From assembly GCA_963847625.1 (NCBI GenBank), contig CAWKAR010000060.1, forward strand, positions 32,001 to 96,000: a stretch of DNA of 64,000 nucleotides. Direction: 5' to 3'. Both the position numbers and the translations under genes were made by a program. Of this stretch, positions 59,190 to 64,000 are shown piece after piece. This DNA comes from a candidate division FCPU426 bacterium (GTDB lineage: Bacteria; Oederibacteriota; Muellerivitia; Muellerivitales; Muellerivitaceae). The notes beneath the pieces were generated by a model. The model was given only the letters and a program-made list of their open reading frames with translations, had not been told where the DNA came from and searched no databases. Positions within the stretch are counted from its first letter, which is position 1. Every line of letters begins with the position of its first letter.

Positions 59190-61013
59190 TTGGCGGAAAC
59201 TAAACCTCAAAATCCAAAAGCTGCGCCTGATCCAGCCCCAATGCCAGTAACGATTGCTGCCACACCCACGGCGGTTCCGGAAAAAAATAAGTATTTAACT
59301 AAGATAAAAAGTTTTTTAACAACCACTATGTTTTTCATGTCGGGTTTTATTTTTATATTTCTGTCAATTTTAATGAAATATACCAGTTTGATTCCGGAAT
59401 CAGTCCAAACTTTCGTAAATCATTTTATTCCGCGATTGCTTTGGTTCATCGCTGGAATTGGGTTTATTCTTTTGGGGCAGGCAATGTTTTTGACTAGTAA
59501 GGAATATTCCGCTGAGTACAAAAATAATCGCAATTCACCTCATTCTTGGAAAATTCCTCTAATCTCAACACTTGGGTCGATTCTTTCTGTGGCCGGAGTT
59601 TATGGATTGTTGGTGAGTTTAAAAATATTCCCGGCAATTCAAAATATTATGGTTTTAATTTTTTTATTTCTTGTTTTTTGTTGTTATATTCTTTGGTATG
59701 TATTTGCACATTTGAAAAACCGTTATCCAACTATTGCCGGTCTTCGAGTGGGCATGGTTGCTTTTATTCTTTCATCCGTATCCTTTTTATCCTGGACCTG
59801 GACCCAATATGTTTTTTTAAGTCTTATTTTTGGCATTTTCGGAATCATTTCGGTAGTTGTAAGTTTAGTCCTGGTTCCTTTTGAAAAAGAAGAACAACGT
59901 GGGAATTGGCTAAGAATTTGTTGCATATTAATAAGCGTTATCTTTCTTTTATATGTTGGAATTAATTCCTTTTTTATTAATAAATCACATATTAATTTAG
60001 TAAATCTAGGTGCAGTCCAACAAAATATTGCTGGTAAAGTTGATAACCTTACCTATTCTCCCGATGGAAAAAAAATTGCCTTTTCACAAAAAGTGGGGAA
60101 GGAATGGTTCTTACAAGTTGTTGATCCGAAGAACCCACAATATAAAGTATTCAAGATTAAGGCTGGCGAAAATTCATTTCGACCAGTATTTATAGAAAAT
60201 GGTGGGTATATTTTAATTGATAGTGTTAATAACGGATTACGTAATATCTCGAAAATTAATGTCGGGAATGGTGCTTTAGTAAATATAACTTCTAGCGGAG
60301 TAGAAAAATTCGGTGATGGGATTCCTTGGTCAGAAACACGTAAAGAGTTTCTGTATGTTGTTCAAAATTCCAATTCATGGGAATTGAAAACTTTTTCCGC
60401 TTTAACTGGTAATTCAAACGTTCTTTTTGATTCCACTAAACCAATATTGACACCATCTTGGACTTCTTCTGGAAAGGTGGTTTACGCTGATTCCTATTCC
60501 GATCGCCCTTATATATTCGATTTAAATACAAAAACATCAAACCTTGTTATATCGGATGATGAAAAAACTGAACGCTTTCAGGAAAATAATAAAATAAAGT
60601 CCGGTATTCCTGTTGATGAAGTAATTCCGGCACCTGATGGTTTTCGATATCTCTATTTAACACGAAATTCCTCTAAAAACATTTCTTCAGTTTGGACAGT
60701 TTTTTCAGATGGGACTAAGGCTTCCAAGCTTTACGAAACAACAGGAGACATTAAATCTTTTTCATGGAATGCTGACTCACAACAAATTGTTTTTGAAGAA
60801 AGTTGTTCTCAAATGGGATTTTTTACTAAAATGAAAAATATAGAAATTCTTGACGCAAACCTCATGGAAATAAAATCCCTTCTTTTACCCCAAGTTTCCC
60901 ATTATTCTCCGGCCGTTTCTCCCGACGGTGTGAAAATAGCATTTGTGGGAAACCATAGTTTGTGGAATCCCTTAATTGGAAGTTCCGGAATTTGGATAGC
61001 TGTTCTACGTTAA
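59190..61013 (+). CDS. Polytopic membrane protein fused to a C-terminal TolB-like (PD40) propeller
   Basis: About 7 hydrophobic segments in the first ~270 aa; YSPDGKKIAF, P.W, PAVSPDG.KIAF; GAGGA RBS, TTG start. Confidence 0.75.
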   Translation: MAETKPQNPKAAPDPAPMPVTIAATPTAVPEKNKYLTKIKSFLTTTMFFMSGFIFIFLSILMKYTSLIPESVQTFVNHFIPRLLWFIAGIGFILLGQAMFLTSKEYSAEYKNNRNSPHSWKIPLISTLGSILSVAGVYGLLVSLKIFPAIQNIMVLIFLFLVFCCYILWYVFAHLKNRYPTIAGLRVGMVAFILSSVSFLSWTWTQYVFLSLIFGIFGIISVVVSLVLVPFEKEEQRGNWLRICCILISVIFLLYVGINSFFINKSHINLVNLGAVQQNIAGKVDNLTYSPDGKKIAFSQKVGKEWFLQVVDPKNPQYKVFKIKAGENSFRPVFIENGGYILIDSVNNGLRNISKINVGNGALVNITSSGVEKFGDGIPWSETRKEFLYVVQNSNSWELKTFSALTGNSNVLFDSTKPILTPSWTSSGKVVYADSYSDRPYIFDLNTKTSNLVISDDEKTERFQENNKIKSGIPVDEVIPAPDGFRYLYLTRNSSKNISSVWTVFSDGTKASKLYETTGDIKSFSWNADSQQIVFEESCSQMGFFTKMKNIEILDANLMEIKSLLLPQVSHYSPAVSPDGVKIAFVGNHSLWNPLIGSSGIWIAVLR

Positions 61014-61046
61014 ACCGCTACCATTTCTCTTCCTAAAGAGCTAATA

Positions 61047-64000
61047 ATGAAGTCCGCTCTTTTTCATAAATTTCAATTTTTCATCGTTATTTGTATTTTC
61101 ATGACTCTTCATGCCAGGGCTGATCTTGATTTCGGTAACAATAAAGTTCGATATCATACCGATCACCATTGGAAAATTTTAGAAAGCCAGCACTTTGAGA
61201 TTTATTATTATAAAGAGTGTGAAGCCTTCGCTCATATTGCGGTTCAATGTGCTGAAAATGCATTTGTAAATACATGTAAAGTATTTGATTATGTTCCAAT
61301 AAATAAAATCCCCCTTTTTCTTTACGGAACCGGTCTGGAATTCCAAGAGACCAACATTACACCCGAAATTCTATCGGAGGGTGTCGGTGGTTTTACTGAG
61401 ATTTTTAAAAACCGAATATCCGTTCCCATCAATGGATCCTATTACGAATTTGAAAAAGTACTTCATCATGAATTAACCCATGCTTTTCAATACGATCTTA
61501 TTTATGGAGAAAGTTGGCGTTCAATTAATTTATTTAAATCGATTCTTGTACCCACTTGGATGATGGAAGGAATGGCCGAGTGGAATGCTCAACACCTTGA
61601 CGGACAAGGTGAAATGGTTTTAAGGGACGCAATCCTTAACGACCAAGTATTGCCGTTGAATATCCTCGAATCTTTTGACCACTTCGAACAAGTTTATATG
61701 GCATATAAGGAATCGCAGAGCATATTGGATTATATTTCCCAGCTATATGGTTCAGAAATAGTCGCTCAAATATTCAAAAAAATGGCAGTCAATCAATCTC
61801 CGGATACTGCAGTCAAAAATACCATTGGAATATCATTGGATGAACTTTATGAAAATTGGCATTTTTTTATAAAAAGCCAAACATGGTCAAGAATAAATGG
61901 ACTTCCAACACCTGAAAAATACGGGGAACTGATTGAAAAGGGAGCCACGAAGGCAACCGTTTCGCCTGATGAGATTGCTATAGCCTATATCAAGGGTGAA
62001 GATCTCATCCTATATAACCTCTCAAGTAAGACCAAAAAAGTGCTTACTCATAAAAAATTTGAAACACAAGGTTCAGGTATTGTCTGGTCACCAAATGGCA
62101 ATTATCTCGCCTTTTCAGCGGCACGAAATGGCGAATATAAACTTTCTATAATTGAAATTAAAAATCGTAAAATCCAAGAGTTTAACATGCCGAAATTACC
62201 GATAATTTACTCACCTTCTTGGTCACCCGACCAAAGATATATCATTTTTTCTGCTTTTGATTATTCAACTGTTGATCTTTATAGACTGGAATTTTCTACC
62301 GGTAAAATTGAACGTTTGACGAACAATTTAATTACAAAATCATGGGCGACCTATTCTCAGGACGGAAAAGTAGTGTATTTTTTGGGAGAAGACTCGGGAG
62401 AAACCAAAATATATCGTATGAACCTAAATGAGAAAGGGTTTACTCTGGTAAACCCGGAAATTGTTGGAAAAGATTTAGCGACTATTTCTTCTTTTCAAGT
62501 AATGAAGGACTCTATTTATTTTACATCTAATCGAAATAATAGAATTTTCAATTTATTTAAAATGAATCTGAATGGCGACCAATTGACACAGTTGACAAAC
62601 ACATATGTGGATGTGTTAAGTGTAGCCCCCTTGCCAAATAAGAAGGTATTTGTAACCCTTTATCAACATGCTCAGGTTGGTTTGTACTCTTTCCTGGCCG
62701 AAAAGCTCGATCAAAATACTCAACCACCAATTAATTTAAAATATTTGGCAAACTCATTTGAAAATGCTTCAAAAATACTAGCGAACAATCCGACTAAGAA
62801 CTTGATTAAAAAAGATGAAACAAAAGAAAAAATGAATATTTCAACTTTAGAAGATAGTCAAAACAAAAAAGAACCAGAAAAAACCCCGGAGCAAATAAGA
62901 AAGATAGAAGTAACTGATTCTTCAAATATTGTTCAACTTCAATGGCCGGTAACCACAGTGGAAGGAGGGGCGGAAATCGACAATTATCGAATTTATCGAT
63001 CTACTGATTCCGGGCAACATTTTATTTTTCTTGGTTCCACATCCAATTCACGCGATGGTAAATATACTGATTACAATGTTAAAAAAGGGGAATCATACTT
63101 CTATTATGTAACAGCAATAAATAAAAAAGGAGAAAGTCTACCTTCTCCCATTGTTCCCGCTATTCCTACTTTCAATCTTTCTTCAAGAGATTATCAATTC
63201 AAATTTACCCCGGACATTCTTTTACTTTTAGCGGGTTATGACAGTTCTGCGGGTTTTGTTGGGGGGGGTATTGCTCAATTCAGCGATTATCTCGGCGATA
63301 ACCGTTTAAGCCTAATTGGCGATACTGTCCCTGGCGTCGAAACTGGCATTCAAACGAATTATGAGTTTTCACCTTGGAGAACAACCATAGATCTGAACTA
63401 TTATTATTTTCAAAATTATCTGAATATTTATGACCTTCAAACCGGAAATATCGTTAACCAATATCGCAATAATGAAAACGGGATGGATTTAAATTTCAGT
63501 TATCCGTTGGATTCTTTTACTCGATTTGAATATGGCATTGGCACACAACGTTTTCAAGGCAACCCGTTATACCTTCAATTTTCAGAAGGGATTTCCAATT
63601 ATTCTCTAAATTCCGACCTGTGGAATGTGGCCAATTATTATCGCATTTCATTAGTTGAAGAAAAAAGAAAGGGAGAACGATTCTGGCCTAGCAATGGATA
63701 CGCTTTTAATTTTACCCTCTTGCACGCGCTTCCGGTTTTAGATTCAAATGTTTCATTTGCAAATATTCTTTTTGAAACTCAAGTCTTCGCGGATATAAAT
63801 TTTTTAAATCATCTAGTGTGGGCTAATCGAATTATCGGGATGACATCCCAAGGCCCGAATCCCCAGTCGTTTTTTATTGGTAACGATGAACTTTTTCAAG
63901 CTTACTTTACTACTATCCGTGGTTACGGCAATAAAACTTTTTTCGGTAGTAACCTAGCGCTTTTGAATACCGAGTTAAGATATCCTATTGCAAACAACAT
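61047..64000 (+). CDS. Peptidase MA-like / PD40 / fibronectin III / Omp85 (BamA-like) fusion protein, runs off the window end
   Basis: Translated by eye from ATG 61047: signal, FGNNKVRY, HF.IYYY, GVGGFTE..KNR..VP, HHELTH, P.W.MEG.AE, WSPNG/WSPD repeats, YRIYRS...YYVTA, last codons IRGYG...NTELRYP in the same frame. Confidence 0.85.
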   Translation, partial: MKSALFHKFQFFIVICIFMTLHARADLDFGNNKVRYHTDHHWKILESQHFEIYYYKECEAFAHIAVQCAENAFVNTCKVFDYVPINKIPLFLYGTGLEFQETNITPEILSEGVGGFTEIFKNRISVPINGSYYEFEKVLHHELTHAFQYDLIYGESWRSINLFKSILVPTWMMEGMAEWNAQHLDGQGEMVLRDAILNDQVLPLNILESFDHFEQVYMAYKESQSILDYISQLYGSEIVAQIFKKMAVNQSPDTAVKNTIGISLDELYENWHFFIKSQTWSRINGLPTPEKYGELIEKGATKATVSPDEIAIAYIKGEDLILYNLSSKTKKVLTHKKFETQGSGIVWSPNGNYLAFSAARNGEYKLSIIEIKNRKIQEFNMPKLPIIYSPSWSPDQRYIIFSAFDYSTVDLYRLEFSTGKIERLTNNLITKSWATYSQDGKVVYFLGEDSGETKIYRMNLNEKGFTLVNPEIVGKDLATISSFQVMKDSIYFTSNRNNRIFNLFKMNLNGDQLTQLTNTYVDVLSVAPLPNKKVFVTLYQHAQVGLYSFLAEKLDQNTQPPINLKYLANSFENASKILANNPTKNLIKKDETKEKMNISTLEDSQNKKEPEKTPEQIRKIEVTDSSNIVQLQWPVTTVEGGAEIDNYRIYRSTDSGQHFIFLGSTSNSRDGKYTDYNVKKGESYFYYVTAINKKGESLPSPIVPAIPTFNLSSRDYQFKFTPDILLLLAGYDSSAGFVGGGIAQFSDYLGDNRLSLIGDTVPGVETGIQTNYEFSPWRTTIDLNYYYFQNYLNIYDLQTGNIVNQYRNNENGMDLNFSYPLDSFTRFEYGIGTQRFQGNPLYLQFSEGISNYSLNSDLWNVANYYRISLVEEKRKGERFWPSNGYAFNFTLLHALPVLDSNVSFANILFETQVFADINFLNHLVWANRIIGMTSQGPNPQSFFIGNDELFQAYFTTIRGYGNKTFFGSNLALLNTELRYPIANN

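Overview
Bacterial chromosomal window, almost all on the + strand, from a diderm organism (LptE and an Omp85-type protein are present). A 2-oxoacid:ferredoxin oxidoreductase and NadX-type NAD synthesis suggest an anaerobe or microaerophile. Housekeeping backbone in order: tRNA-Val and tRNA-Ala, dGTPase, argDFGH-lysA, dapAB, folK-dNK-panB, panC-panD-nadA-nadX, a PilH/I/G-like ABC cassette, pfkB, xseA, xseB-ispA-dxs, an M23 peptidase, a 4-subunit oxidoreductase, recN, leuS-lptE-holA, rpsT, murJ, ogt, a Ser/Thr kinase-NHL and FHA-GAF-cyclase pair, mutL-miaA, sppA, and a truncated peptidase/PD40/Omp85 protein missing from the ORF track. Two accessory inserts split conserved gene pairs: polysaccharide enzymes between panB and panC, and about 6.4 kb between xseA and xseB. 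The most unusual DNA is non-coding. It comprises (i) a ~1.05 kb mosaic array of four different motifs, mostly spaced at about 21-22 or 41-43 bp (2 or 4 helical turns), and (ii) five copies of a double-hairpin element whose stems show compensatory base changes. Three genes carry +1 homopolymer frameshifts, probably long-read errors. All calls come from reading motifs by eye; no searches were run.
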